From the NCBI RefSeq assembly GCF_032191835.1, contig NC_083236.1:14942001-15006000 (forward strand): a stretch of 64,000 bases of DNA, given 5' to 3'. Both the position numbers and the translations under genes were made by a program. Positions 44,067 to 57,500 of this stretch are shown here, in pieces. The notes under the pieces are model-generated. The model saw only the letters and a list, made by a program, of their open reading frames with translations. It was not told where the DNA came from and searched no databases. This stretch comes from Heteronotia binoei. Lineage: Eukaryota. Each line of letters starts with the position of its first letter. The first letter of the stretch is position 1.

Positions 44067-47000
44067 TCATGCTTTGCTGTTTATAACAGTGTCTAAAGCT
44101 TTGGCAACTTGGTCCATCTTCAGGTTGTTCAGCTGTACACACTTCTCTCTGCCAAATTCTGGGTGAATACAAAGTGTATGTAAGCATTTACCATAGTGAT
44201 CGGGAAATTCCTAGACTAGCACTGTACCTGCCGTGACATCACTTCTTGGTGCTCAGCTTGAAGTGATGTCATGATGCTCCTCCTCCCCTGGGGCCTTCAG
44301 TATGCAAAGCAGTGTCCCCACCTGCAAGCCACGGTCCCCTTCCTTAATCATAAGCATATCCGGCTGGCCTACAACAACTAACTGACACTGAGAATCTTTG
44401 GATGGAGCTAGAATGCATTTGATAGACCGCTGCTTTTTTATGTTTTACGTTTTACTAAATTATTGTTTTAACTGTTGTACTGAACTGTTTTTAAGCCAAA
44501 CCTATGTAAGTTTTATATGTTGTAAGCCGCCCTGAGCCACCTCGGTGGGAAGGGCGGGATATAAATTGAAATATAAATAAATAAATAAAATCTTATATAG
44601 GCTTTTTGGAGATAATGTCCTAAAAATTTCTTATGTAATCTTGATATCCCGTCCCCCCTGAAGAAAAGAAAATCTTGGGGGAAGAGATCCACAGCTAGGG
44701 AATGGAGAGAAAGAGATCCTGATATGCCTTGTTCTGTAGGCTCAACGATTGGATTTTCCTGCTCATCATACTCTTTCCACCTGCAGGAAAGGTTTATTCA
44801 GCCAGGCTGAATGTGTTTGGGAGAAGAATCAAAACAGCATCTTTGGATCTCTAAGCTCCAGGAGGGAGGGACATGTGAGAAAGAAGGAAGCAATAAGTTG
44901 AGCTGAAGCCGCTTTCTGACATTTCTTTCAGTCCTATGAATCCCAATAAGACTGAAGAACCACAGAAGAGGCACTCCCAATTTCCCACCACTCTGAAAAA
45001 CTGATGTTTGAGCCACCACACTTACACTTGTAAACATCAACAGGAAAGTGCTCCATAACTCACCATATCGAGCCCATAGCATGGGCTGCACGTCTGAGCA
45101 CTCTCTGATCAGAATAGGGAAATCTGGATTTGCCTGCTTCAATGGAACATACTGTTTTTCAATGAAGTCTCTGGAAAGGAGAAACCACACACATTTGTCA
45201 GGCTGGTCTTTTCTAACTGCCTTTCAGTTTAACGCAATAAGAAATATGCAGTACTAGGGATATGACCTGAGAGATACAGGTTGTCTTAGTGTTGTGGTTT
45301 TCAAACTTCACAGCTTTGGGGAACATTTTCCATTATCAGCCACGAAAGCTCTACATGCTGCCAAGAATTCTGGGACTTGTTTGAGGGCGCCAAATGAGAG
45401 TCTGTTCTTGAAGATACTCTGTGCTCAACTCCAGTAAAGAGAAGGATCAGTAGTGATGATTAAGATGTCTTTCAGGGAAGCTTAGCCAATGTTGCTGATA
45501 TTATTGAGGGACCCCTCCCTTCCCTGGAACTCAGTATGAAAACCTCTGTACTAAGATAAGCATCAACTGGTACGATAGACCTAAGCAACACAATAACGAC
45601 ACGTGTGTTATGGGGGCCACTGATCTTTGCTGGAATAAGCATGGCAAAAATCAACAGTGGTGAAACGGCTGATACCTCCATTCCTAGTTCCCTGCAGTAA
45701 CCTGACATTAATAGTTGCGCCAGTCACCCCCCATGCTTCACCACTTTATCTCCACTGTCAGTGTGACTGTTGCATACTTGTGCTCACCCTTCTCTTTGTG
45801 GGCAGACTGGATTATCTGTCATGTCTCTTGCTGCCTCTCAAAAGTCAAAAGTAGAGCAGCATGTATGCTCTTGGCTCCTTTCCCTCCTACTGCACAACAC
45901 AATGACAGATTCAAAGATGCAAAAACTGAAGGATACAGCAAGGCATCCTAAGCACTTTCACACTGAAAGACTTTCTTGCACACATTTGTGTAAAGTGCCA
46001 TCAAGTTACAGCCAACTTATGGTAACTCCATAGGGTTTTCCAGGCAAGGGAAAAGCAGAGGTGGTTTGCCTTTGCCATCCTCTGCGAAGTTGAAGAAGGA
46101 AGATGATGATGATATTGGATTTATATATCACCCCTATACTCTGAATCTCAGAGCGGTCACAATCTCCTTTACCTCCCCCCCACCCCACAACACACCCTGT
46201 GAGGTAGGTGGGGCTGAGAGAGCTCTTACAGCAGCTGCCCTTTCAAGGACAACTCCTGGGAAAGTTGTAGCTGACCCAACACCATTCCAGCAGGTGCAAG
46301 TGGAGGAGTGGGGAATCAAACCCGGTTCTCCCAGATAAGAGTCCACACACTTAACCACTACACCAAATTGGCTCTCCCTTCCACGTACCAACCCTGCTTA
46401 GCTTCCGAGACCACAGGATTGTGCATTATCATATACCATTCCTTATCTTTCCCCACCCCTTGTACGCACACGAATGCCATCAATAAAATCCTGTGTTAAT
46501 CACAACGGTGTATTCATTGTTGATACAGTTTAGCCAAAGCTTGTGTTGTATCTCGCTCTACACAGCTGAGGACCAAATTAGATGCAACAGTAGCAGCCAA
46601 TTTGTATCTTCATACCATAGTGCCTGTTTACATCACATTAGGGAATCACTGCCCTAGAGCTACTTCCCCTTTTCTGGTACAGCCTTCAAGATGAGCTGAC
46701 ATATTAGGAATGCTCAGTTCAACATACACCATCTACGTGAACAGAGGTTTGTGCTGGAAGCGTCAAAGTTTTGTCCCTCTCAGCATCTTCAATGGAAGAA
46801 GTAACAGCACCTTTACAAGTGAATAGGAGTGTAATCTACTGCAATGATTATTGTAGGTTATCACATGCTTTTACTGCATTGTCTTTACCCTCTAATCCAC
46901 TTTCTGTATTTATAGTATATCTTGCCTTCAATAGTTTGCCATTTATCTTGTTCTCTAATTGTTGCTGTAATGCATTGCTCCATTGTCTTTTTAATGCTAC

Positions 47001-47918
47001 GTGACTATACCACTTTATATCATGATTATATCTGAAATGAGCTGTGACTCACAAAAGCTCATTCTGAAATTGACCTCATTAGCTTTTCAGGTGCCACTGG
47101 AGTTTTGTTTTATATTCTGTGACCCACCTTTGGCCCTCTCCTGGATGGCCCAGACTAATCTGATTTCATCATCTCACCAGATCTTGGAAGCTGAAGAAGG
47201 CCAGCCTTGGTTGGTAATCAAATGGGAGACCACCAAAGGAAGTTCAGGGTGTTGCTATGCAGAGGAGAGTAATGGCAAACCACCTCTGAACGTCTCTTCC
47301 CATGAAAACCCTATGCTGTGACTTGAATGGCAGTTTCCACCACCAATCTGCTTTGAGTCTCAGCATGAGTAAATTCAAGTGGGTAGCTGTGTTGGTCTGA
47401 AGCAGCACACAAAAGCTTATACACAGGATAAAACTTGGTTGGTCTTAAAAGTCCCACTGTTCTATAAACAAAATACATGGGAGCAGCAGGACGAACAGAC
47501 TTCTATATTGATAGATTCAGACTTCAGAGCCAGTTTGGTGTATTGATAGATTCAGATTCAGAGCCAGTTTGGTGCAGTGGTTAAGTGCCTGGACTCTTAT
47601 CTGGAGAACTGGGTTTGATTCCCCACTCCTCCACTTGCACCTGCTGAGATGGCCTTGGTTGCAGCCATAGCTTTCATAGAAGCTGTCCTTGAAAAGGCAG
47701 CTGCTATAAAAGAACTCTCAGCCCCACCTACCTCACAGGGTGTTTGCTGGGGGGTTGGGGAAGGTAGAGGAGATTGTGACCGCTCTTAGACTGAGTATAG
47801 GTTGATTAACGTGGAATTCATTGCCACAGGAGGTGGCGGCGGCTACAAGCATAGCCAGCTTCAAGAGGGGGTTAGATAAAAATATGGAGCAGAAGTCCAT
47901 CAGTGGCTATTAACCACA

Positions 47919-47954
<36 letters not shown>

Positions 47955-48322
47955 TGGCCAATGTGTGACACAGAGTGTTGGACTGGATGGGCCCATTGGC
48001 CTGATCCAACATGGCTTCTCTTATGTTCTTTTATAGGGAGGGATATAAATCCAAAATCTTCTATATACATCAACTACATATCCTAACCCCGCCCTCGAGC
48101 TCCACCCACACCTTAAGACCACGCCCCCGGTGTTTGGGGCCTGGCAACTGAAAGGGCAGAGACTCAAGGCCGCTTGATCAAACATCAGCTGTTTGACTCC
48201 TCCGTCGGGAAGTCTCTGCCCACCCACCTGACGCCCTGGCTGCTCGGCGAGCGCTGGCAAAGGTGGAGCCGAATCTCCTTGAGGTGGCTCCCGATGACCC
48301 GCGCAGCCGAACTCGCCGCCAT
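44067..48322 (-). CDS. NDUFA2: NADH:ubiquinone oxidoreductase subunit A2 (B8), 97 aa; complement(join(44067..44158,45064..45170,48228..48322))
   Basis: Spliced product is [97 protein letters not shown]. Introns are GT-AG and phases are consistent. Confidence 0.96.
44420..44590 (+). mobile_element. L2-type 3' end in NDUFA2 intron 2
   Basis: tgtaagccgccctgagcc...gggcgggatataaat followed by (AAAT)n. Confidence 0.75.
46091..46376 (-). mobile_element. Squam3-like SINE
   Basis: Full-length single-unit copy of the family. Confidence 0.85.
47133..47345 (+). mobile_element. 5S rRNA-derived SINE with a Sauria/RTE-like tail
   Basis: 5S internal control region-like gatcttggaagctgaag...ggttggtaatcaaatgggagaccacc, followed by aatggcaaaccacctctg. 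Confidence 0.7.
47526..47790 (+). mobile_element. Squam3-like SINE with a short duplicated 5' junction
   Basis: gatagattcag..ttcagagccagtttggtg occurs twice. Confidence 0.8.
47800..48030 (+). mobile_element. CR1 3' end fragment next to NDUFA2 exon 1
   Basis: Highly similar to 36405-36625; contains (TG)n(TA)n. Confidence 0.85.
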
Positions 48323-48591
48323 GTTCAGCCCCAGGCCCGCAAAACGCCTCCGCCAATCCACGTTTCAGAATCAATAAAGGGGCGTGGCCTTGCGCGCCGC
48401 ATTGTGGGTAAAAGTGCCCCCCTCCGCGGCTGCTTGCCGCGCGTTGCATTGTGGGGCGAGAGTCCTTCTTTGAGCTGCGTTCATTGGCTCTTGTTGCCTC
48501 GGCCCTCTCCGCGCAGTGTCTTGTGGGAAGGGAGGCCTTCAGCTGTTGTGGTGGTGTCGGCGCTTGTCCTGACTGGAACTGCTGAGCGAAG
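48323..48591. promoter_or_regulatory. Bidirectional CpG-island promoter shared by NDUFA2 and IK
   Basis: The two ATGs are head-to-head with 269 bp between them, in CpG-rich sequence. Motifs: CCAAT 48353-48357, GC box 48379-48388, two ZNF143/Staf-type GCATTGTGGG motifs (48399-48410, 48445-48457) and a reverse CCAAT at 48483-48487. Confidence 0.8.
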
Positions 48592-51500
48592 ATGCCGGAG
48601 CGGGACAGTGAGTGTCACCGGGGTGATGGGTGGAGGAGCCTGGTTCTCCCTGGCCCGTAAGGTGCCGAGGTGTATCTCCCAGTATCCCGGGCCTAGCGCC
48701 ATTTTATTATCACAGCAACCCTGTGGGGTGGGCTGAGTGTGGAGTTGGGTCGCTTAATAGCTTTGAACTTCCGGTATCTGAACAGCAGGTCTTGCTTAAA
48801 GGCATGTTCAGACAACACAATTAGAGCCAGCTTAGTGTAGTGGTGTGGTTAAACTGTCGGGGCTAGCATCAGGGAAATCTAGGCTCGAATGCCCACATCG
48901 CCATGAAAGCTTGCTGGGTGCCAAATTACGCACTCAATCTTAACCACAGGGTTGTTGTGAGAATTAAGTGGAGGAGAGGAGAAGGATGTAAGCAGCTTGG
49001 GGTCCCCGTTGGGAGAAAAAGTGTGATAATGACTCCGTAAGAAGGGAGTTGTTAACAGGAGTTATCCTCGTGAGGGGGCGGGTGGTGGCATTCAGAATTG
49101 CTTGGGGTATCTGGAACTTTAGATAGCTCCTTCCCACTCGCAATGGTTCTTGGCAGCTGCTGGAGGAGAACTGTTTCATAACTGCTCACTTTTTGTGAGG
49201 GTAAAATTTCAGAGCCTTGATTTCTCTCAAAGACCCTTAAAGTACTGGTACACAGCAAATAGGAACCAAACCTAGCCTCAAGGAGTTCGCTGATGGCCTA
49301 TGGCTATATACTGCAAAGAAGAAGAAGAATTGCAGATTTACACATTGCCCTTCTCTCTGAGGGGTTTACAATCTCCTTTATCTTCTCCCCCCACAACAGA
49401 CACCCTGTGAGGTAGGTGGGGCTGAGAGGGCTCTCACAGCAGCTGCCTTTTCAAGGACAATCTCTGCCAGAGCTATGGCTGACCCAAGGCCATTCCAGCA
49501 GCTGCAAGTGGAGGAGTGGGGAATCAAACCCAGTTCTCCCAGATAAGAGTCCGCACACTTAACCACTACACCAAACTGGCTCTCAATAAAATAGTTTTGT
49601 CTGGAATGCTGTTTTTATGCTGTAACTTTTTTATGATTTGGGGGGCATTTGTATTTGGTAGGTGGTAGCGGGTTCCAGGGTAAGAACCACTGCTTTTCAG
49701 TCTGTTGTGTGAGTGGTCAGAGAAGAGCGTCCTAAAGCAACACTTTCAAGCTTTCTACCTTTGGCAAAAAGATTCTGTAGCAGTAAAATAAAGTCCAGTG
49801 ACACCTTTAAAATTAAAGTTTTATTCAAGTTACAAGCTTTCTTGTGCTTGCACACTTCTCAAACTTTGTTCTTTTGCTTCAGACCAACATGGCTACCCAT
49901 TTGAAACGAACTTGGTATTGACCAAGTTCAGTTCTTGGCATTGTAGAGAATGTGAGTGTGTGTTGAACAGGGGGTGCACTGTATCACAGGGTAGATTAGC
50001 CAGTTTCTGGAGGCAAAACAAAACATGTGGCTAGGGCACCTTGAAAACTTAAAACACTTATTCCCGTGTGTTTGTGAGAGTCAGAATTTTGCTTCCTCAG
50101 TTGCAGTTTCTGGTGGGACTTGCTAGTGGCTGGAGCTCTTGTAAAGAATGGAGTTTAGTCTGATCCAAGACTGCTGAACAGAAGTTAGCTGTGCTTTAAG
50201 AAGTCCGGAGTGTGTGCTCTTGTGTATTTAACCCATCTTAATGAATTATGGGAATTCTGTTTTGGGAACGATGATTCCCACGTAGGACAGACTGGCCCTG
50301 TTCTAGGAAGCAAGTTAAATTCATGCAGGGTTCTGGCCATGCTTGTTGGGCCTGTGCTTTGTGTTAACCAGGGGTGCATCGTAAAAGACAGATGACACTC
50401 TCTGAGGCTGCAAACTGCAGGGGAATGTTAGTAATTGCAGGCTAGATGTCCTCCAAGGAAATTTGTCTGCTGTCACTGATAGTCTAATTGAGAAGATCTT
50501 GAAAACCATCCAAGGAACAGTCTGGTTCCTGGAATATAATCTGAATACTACTGATTGTTCAGGAGAGGGCTACAGTATCACAGTGGAAATAGTGCATCAG
50601 AAGGAAGACAAACTGCTTGTCAAGAAGTCTATGGGCCAAAGAGCCAGTGACTATCAATACAAGTTAAGATGTCAGGTAAGATGTATTGTTTGAAGACAGA
50701 GAGAATGGGGTGGGGAATCTTTGGGAGTAGCTCCTACAATAGATCTGCAAGACTTTGCTGCAGTGCCCACTGCACTATGCTTGTGACACACTGGAGGCTG
50801 AATTGCATGGGTTGACTTGGGCATAGGAGGGCCTTTAGCTACCATAGAACATTCCAGCTTGTAGTTTCAGGACTGCTGCAGCGGAGACAGGACCACTTAC
50901 CTTACAGAGCAGTGAATCTCAAGTTATCCACGAAGTCCCTAGTTCATGGAGATAGATCCAGATGGGTACCCATGTCAGTCTGTCTGTAGCAGTAAAAGAG
51001 ACTAAGAGTCCAGTAGCATCTTAAAGACTAACAAAATTTGTGGCAAAGGATGAACTTTTGTAAGCAGTGACTCACAGAAGCTCATATCCTACCACAATTT
51101 TTTTTAGTCTTTAAGGTGTTACTGAACCCTTACTCTTTTCTGCTCTTGGTTCATCGTTAGTCTGCATATGCATGGTCAAGAGCCCTTACAGTAAATTGTG
51201 TGCTTGGCAATAGAATGTCTACCTCATTGATTAGTAATTCACTTTTCCTTCCTTCCAGGTGAGCCGTTTTCTAACCCTCTGGCCCCAGATGGCCATGAGG
51301 TGGATGATTCTCATTCTTTCCACCAGTGAGTACAGCCTTTCATTGTCTTTTGAGTAGACAGCTCAATGTTTTTGAAATCAAAATTTTGGCAACTGCTCAA
51401 ACTGCAAAGAGCCCAAACAACATTTGGCAGCAACAGGCTGGGGGAGTTACACCCAGTATAGGAGGGAGAGTGAACCGTTGTTAGCTCTGGATCTAGAAAA

Positions 51501-54500
51501 CCATTCGTGGTGCTGTGTTTTGTATATGTTCTGTACCCCCTCCCAACCCCATATGTTATAATCCACAAGAGGGCCGTGGATCCTCCTTTTTATAGGGTCT
51601 CCAAAGCTCCTTGCTGTCTTGCAAGTACATCCAGGGAGCACACTGTAAAGCAGCACTTGGAAACATTTTCTGATGTGTCACTAACTTGTGGCATTACTTA
51701 ATGAATGCAGGTTATTAATTCATTTCACTGTTGCCCTGACCTGGATAGCCCAGGCAAGCCTGATCTCATCAGATCCCAGAAGCTAAGCAAGGCCAACTGT
51801 GGTTAGTGCTTCGATAGGAGACTTCCTTGAAATACCCAGTCAAGAGGGCAGGGGCAGGCTCTATTCTGCCACATCTCTGAATATTCTCCAGGCCCCCAGC
51901 AGGGTCAGTCAACATAGGTCGACATGACTTCCAGGTGCAGACACACACAATATACAAAATACAAAAAAAAAGAAAGCATTCCACTGTTGTCCTGAAAGTA
52001 AAACACTATTTTTTTGTCACAGGTCCAAGCTTACCAATGAAGACTTTCGGAAGCTTCTTATGACCCCAAGGGCAACACCGACATCTGCCCCACCATCCAA
52101 ATCTCGACATCATGAGTAAGCACATATTCTCTGTACTTCTTGACAAAGCCTTGATGAGCATTTCTTAGTTACTGTGTATTTATTTACTATTACATTTCAG
52201 TATGGAAGTCTCAGTCTAAATAATCTGTATGCTTGAGACAGTAGGAAACTTAAATTCAGAGTTAATGCAACAGTATGTTGAATCCTGAGCAGCAGTTAAT
52301 AACACTTACTTTTTATGTAGTGCTTTAGGGTGATTGCTGTTTTCATGCACGTGAATGTTCTTGTTTATAGGATGCCAAGGGAGTACAATGAAGATGAAGA
52401 TCCAGCTGCTCGCAGGAGGAAGAAGAAAAGGTAAATAGACGCACACCTGGCAACACAGACTTCCTACAGAGTTGATGGTTTATTAAAGTACAGGAAGAAT
52501 TCTCAGTAAATACTTGCTAGAAGAAGGTGGACTTTTGCTTGGCTCCCTTTTAAGAGAAGGCAGATGGCTAGGGAGAGGACTTCACTCTGTGTTTGGATAG
52601 AAAACTGAATCCTTGATACTGGTTGCTCCATCCATTTACCATCCAGGCTGATAATTATTTTATTGTATCTTTGCACGGCCTATGACATCATTAAACAGGA
52701 AGTATTGGTGATGCAGCTACAAAATTTGCAGTGAAAACAGCCCTTCTAGATCAAATCACGACCTCATCTAGCCATAAATCCTATTTCTCCTGAAAACCAA
52801 CAGCCATAAAGATGAAAATTCTAAGCAAAGGGCAGCCAGAGATCAAGTTTTCAGATCTTTCAACTTGGAAATAACCTTTTTACACTTATTAGAATTCTTC
52901 AGGCTGTTTATATTTCATGATATTATCTTGAATGTAATACTTGAAAATAATATATATGATTCACAATGCTAATTCCTTGTTCATAAAAAGTTACAAAGTA
53001 TCATATACAGAACCTTGTTATATATAAAGTATTTATCATAAAATAATTATAAAATGCATATGAAGTAGAAGGTACAAACAAACAAAAAAGGGAAAATACC
53101 TCTTATAAATTAATCACTACCGATGCAAAAAGACTATTTCCATCCCTAAAGGAAAACATAGATTATTAAAAAAGAAGTCCTCAGACGGCGCAAGAATATA
53201 GAGGCCTTCCCCCGCTGTTGTTCTTCTGTAACTGAAATGCAAAATTATATAGAATCCTTATATAAAAGTTCCCTGTAGCCATTATGGCTAACACCTGTAG
53301 AGGAATCGGTCTTCCTTGAATTTTCTAGTCTCATTTTAAAACCATTTGAGCTAGTTGCCATTGAAATGACCATGAATTCTATAAGTTATAATCCAGATTC
53401 ACAGTGCACATTTTAGGCACTGAAAACAGTCCATATAAGTTAGGCTGCTGTCGTCCTTGCAACTCTGTAGTGTAGATCAGGGGTGGCCAAAGGTAGCTTT
53501 CCAGATGCTTTTTTTGCTTACAACTCCCATCAGCCCCAGCCAGCATGGCCAATGGCTGGGGCTGATGGGAGTTGTAGGCAAAAAACATCTGGAGAGCTAC
53601 TGTTGGCCACCCCTGGTGTAGATAATTATTATTCCAGTGTTGCAGATGAAGGCAGGGCTGAGGCTGAGAGAGAATGGCTTGCCTGAGGCTTCCCTGATTC
53701 ATAGCTGAGTCTCAGTCGCTGGGGTATAACAGTGCTTATGCTTTGGGGACAGAGATACTCTTCGCTGCATATGTTGCCAGTTAGTTTCTTTGGACAACCT
53801 GAAGTTCTGGTGATGTTGGGGAGGAGGGCCCTCTCTTTCCACTTTCTTCTACTCATGCATAATTTTATAAGCCTATATTATGACCCCTTTTTAAGACCCT
53901 CTCTTTGCTCTTCGGCCTTTACTCCCAGGGAAGATATTTCAATCCCTTAAGTGTTTTAGTTGCCCTCTTCTGTTCTTTATTTTGGTTTTGTACCATTCAT
54001 TTTTGAGATGGGATGACTAAAACTGTGAAGTATTCAAAATACAGCCATGATGTAAATTATCACAGTTTTATTGTCAATCTTTATCATAGAACTTACCTTT
54101 TTTTTTTTAACCGTTACTGACATTTTCAGCAAGCTTTCTGCCATGACCCCTGGTTCCATAACAGATTCCCACTAGGACCCACTTTTTGCTTTAACTCTCA
54201 TCCTTCTTCCCACTGTTCAGCCACTTACAGATCGAGAAAAGGGCCTGTCCTCTTATTCTTCCCCTTCTAAATTTATTCAGGAGCTTTTTGATGAAGGACC
54301 TTGTCAGAAGTTTCTTGGAAGCTCAAGTGTATAAGGCTTATTAAATCTCCCCTATGCATGTTATAGTTGGTACTTTTCCCAGGATCCATGACAGAGGTTT
54401 TTCCTGGTCCCGCTACCAGAGTGTCTTTTAACCGGAAGTGTCAGGGATTGAATCTGTGACCTCCTATAGTCAAAGCAGAGGCGTGCCTCATGCCCACATG

Positions 54501-57500
54501 ATTCTAGCATCAAGGCATCTGCTTGCACTCTCTTGTTCATGATTCAAGATGCCTTCAGTGGCTTGGACCTGATGCCCTGTTCTTCCCAGGTACTTTGTCT
54601 CCCCAAGAGCAAAAGTGGAGAGGTGGCCTCTGAGTAGTCCCAGTGCAGTCAGAGTCCCTATTTGGGGGAGGGGGTGTCAACAGAAGCTAGGCTGGAGTGT
54701 TTTTCCAGAAGCTTGTAAACTTAGGAGTTTATTGAGGATCTGCTTTAAAAAAAAATAGGAAATCCGATATTAAATATGCTGGTTCCATCACCATGGACAA
54801 AGCGGATCAAGAATAACCAAAATAGCTATTGCTTTAATACCGTGTGGTAGCAGTCAGGATGCGCATATGTTATGAGAAGCAGGGATTTCTTAATGATAAC
54901 GAACTGGTTTGTTTTCCGATACCAGCTATTATGCCAAGCTGCGCCAGCAGGAGATTGAGCGAGAAAGAGAGCTGGCTGAGAAGTACAGGGACCGTGCCAA
55001 GGAGAGACGAGACGGCGTCAACAAGGACTACGAGGAGACAGAGCTGATCAGCACAACGGCCAACTACAGGGCAGTGGGGCCCACTGCCGAGGCGTGAGTG
55101 CAGTTGCTGTGAAGGCCTTTTCTCTTGGAAGTGTTGTGTGATTCTGGTGTCACATGTGTGGTTCCCCCCCCCCCCCTCTGTTTACCCTAGGGATAAGTCA
55201 GCTGCAGAAAAAAGGCGGCAGTTGATTCAAGAGTCCAAGTTCTTGGGTGGTGATATGGAGCACACTCACTTGGTGAAGGGTCTGGATTTTGCTCTGCTGC
55301 AGAAGGTGAGCGACAGCATATCAGTCATTCATGTTTTTGGGAACCACTTTCCCCATGTGTTGTGTGTGACTTCTCCACTAACAATATGTTGCTCATGATC
55401 CAGTTGGCCTCCTCTTTGCAGTTATTTCACCCTAATTCCTATAGAACTGGTTTGAAACAGACAGTGGTGTGAATCAAGCCTTCCTCCATCTCAAATAGCT
55501 CTTACATTGGAGGAAGGCACCTTTGGCTGGAGGAAGGCTTCAGACTTTTTTCAGTAGGGTGGTAGGATCTACACACTTCTGACATAGCTATTCATTTAAT
55601 AGACTGGTATAGAATCTCTTATATGGGTTTTATTGTTCAAAATGTGAAGCGTGCATTGTGTGCTCAAGTCTGATTTTTTGGTATCTGAAGAAGTGAGCAG
55701 TGATTCACAAAAGCCACAAATTTCGTTAGTCTTTAAGGTGCTATTGGACTCTTGCTCTTTTCTGCTACAGTGCTGAAGAATATTTCTTGCACTTTGCCTG
55801 CTAGAGGTCAAGGATTATGACTTTACTGCTGGTGCATAACTTGAACCTTTTTTATATATGAGTGGTCATCTGGTACTTCCCACTGCCAATTGCTCTGTGC
55901 TTTTCAGACAGAATTCTAGGAGGGGAACGTCTCCTTTTTCTAGCCCTGCACCACAGTTTGGTAGCTGACGCCCTGCAGCTGGGAGACTGTTCTGCAGTGT
56001 TGTTTTGCAACTTTGTATTCAGCTCTGCCTGTTTGCTCTTGGCCAGTCAAAATTTTATTATAAATTGTGCAATTTTATATGCAGAGCGTGTGTGTACATG
56101 TGTGATTTTTATTCACATAAAACATCCAAGTGTTATATAGTTCCACCAAATATTGAAACACCTGTTTTTATTGATAGGAGTTGAGAATAATGAAAAGACA
56201 GTTATACAATGAATTTTCATGAGCAATTCAGGAAAAATTCAGGCTTCTCTTCTGTGTTTTTTCCCCCTTCCTCTGCACATCCCTCCCCATTCTGGTGTAT
56301 ATGTGGGAGAGCTAATTTGAGTGCCGGCATCCTTGTCTCTTCACCGACTGCCCGTGTTACTGGAGGGCTCTGTGTCTTTCTGCCTAAGCCCCTGAGAGGT
56401 TCATAAACTGCACTGAAGGAAACAGAGTAGCATTTTGAACATCTTTTCTTTTTCTGGTCAGGTGCGTGCGGAGATTGCCAGCAAGGAAAAGGAAGAGGAA
56501 GAACTGATGGAGAAGCCCCAGAAAGAAACAAAGTGAGTAGGGGCAAGCAAAGCACCGGATTGTGGGCTTTTAATGTCAAGGAGAAGGTGGAATAGAAATT
56601 CCTATTTTCCCATAATGCTCTCTTTCTCTCCCCTTCCCATTTTATTTTTTAGAAAAGATGAAGATCCAGAAAACAAAATTGAATTCAAGACCCGTTTGGG
56701 TAAGACGCGTGTGTGTGTATATGAATATTGCATTGATGAGATACTGTGGTCTTGAATGTAGGTGGCTAGAAAAACCAGGCAGAGGATAAAATGCCCCAGT
56801 GCTACTGGGACACAAGTTCCATAGGGGACGGAGGATGGCTCAGTGGTAGAGGAACTGCTTGGTAAGCAGAAGGTCCCAGGTTCAATCCCCGGCATCTCCA
56901 ACGAAGAAGGGTCCAGGCAAGCAGGCGTGAAAAACCTCAGCTTGAGACCCTGGAGAGCCACTGCCAGTCTGAGTAAACAATACTGACTTTCATGGACTGA
57001 GGGTCTGATTCAGTAGAAGGCAGCTTCATATGTTCATATGAGTGTTTGACTATCTGTCTGTGCCAGGCCGTAACATCTATCGGATGCTGTTCAAGAACAA
57101 AGCATATGAGCGGAATGAGCTCTTCCTACCAGGGCGGATGGCCTATGTGGTGGATCTTGACGATGAGTATGCAGACACAGACATCCCCACAACCCTGATT
57201 CGAAGCAAAGCTGATTGCCCCACCATGGAGGTGAGCATCCAGAATGCTTTCCCTGAACTTGAAAAGGCATGTTTTCTTTTTGTGAGTGTCACATGGGTGA
57301 TGCCTTCTGTCTCCTCCTTCCAGGCCCAGACCACGCTGACCACCAATGATATTGTCATCAGTAAACTGACCCAAATTCTGTCCTACTTGAGGCAAGGCAC
57401 TCGCAACAAAAAGCTCAAGAAGAAGGACAAAGGTGGGCCTCTGTTGCACAGCTTAGTAGGGCGATGCGTCTTTCTTTCCCTAACGAACGCTGGCCGTGAT

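Noticed and set aside
56822-56900. tRNA genes (also 8190-8251, 16740-16790, 39313-39370)
   Set aside because: A/B boxes are present but there is no complete cloverleaf, and each continues into a SINE body.
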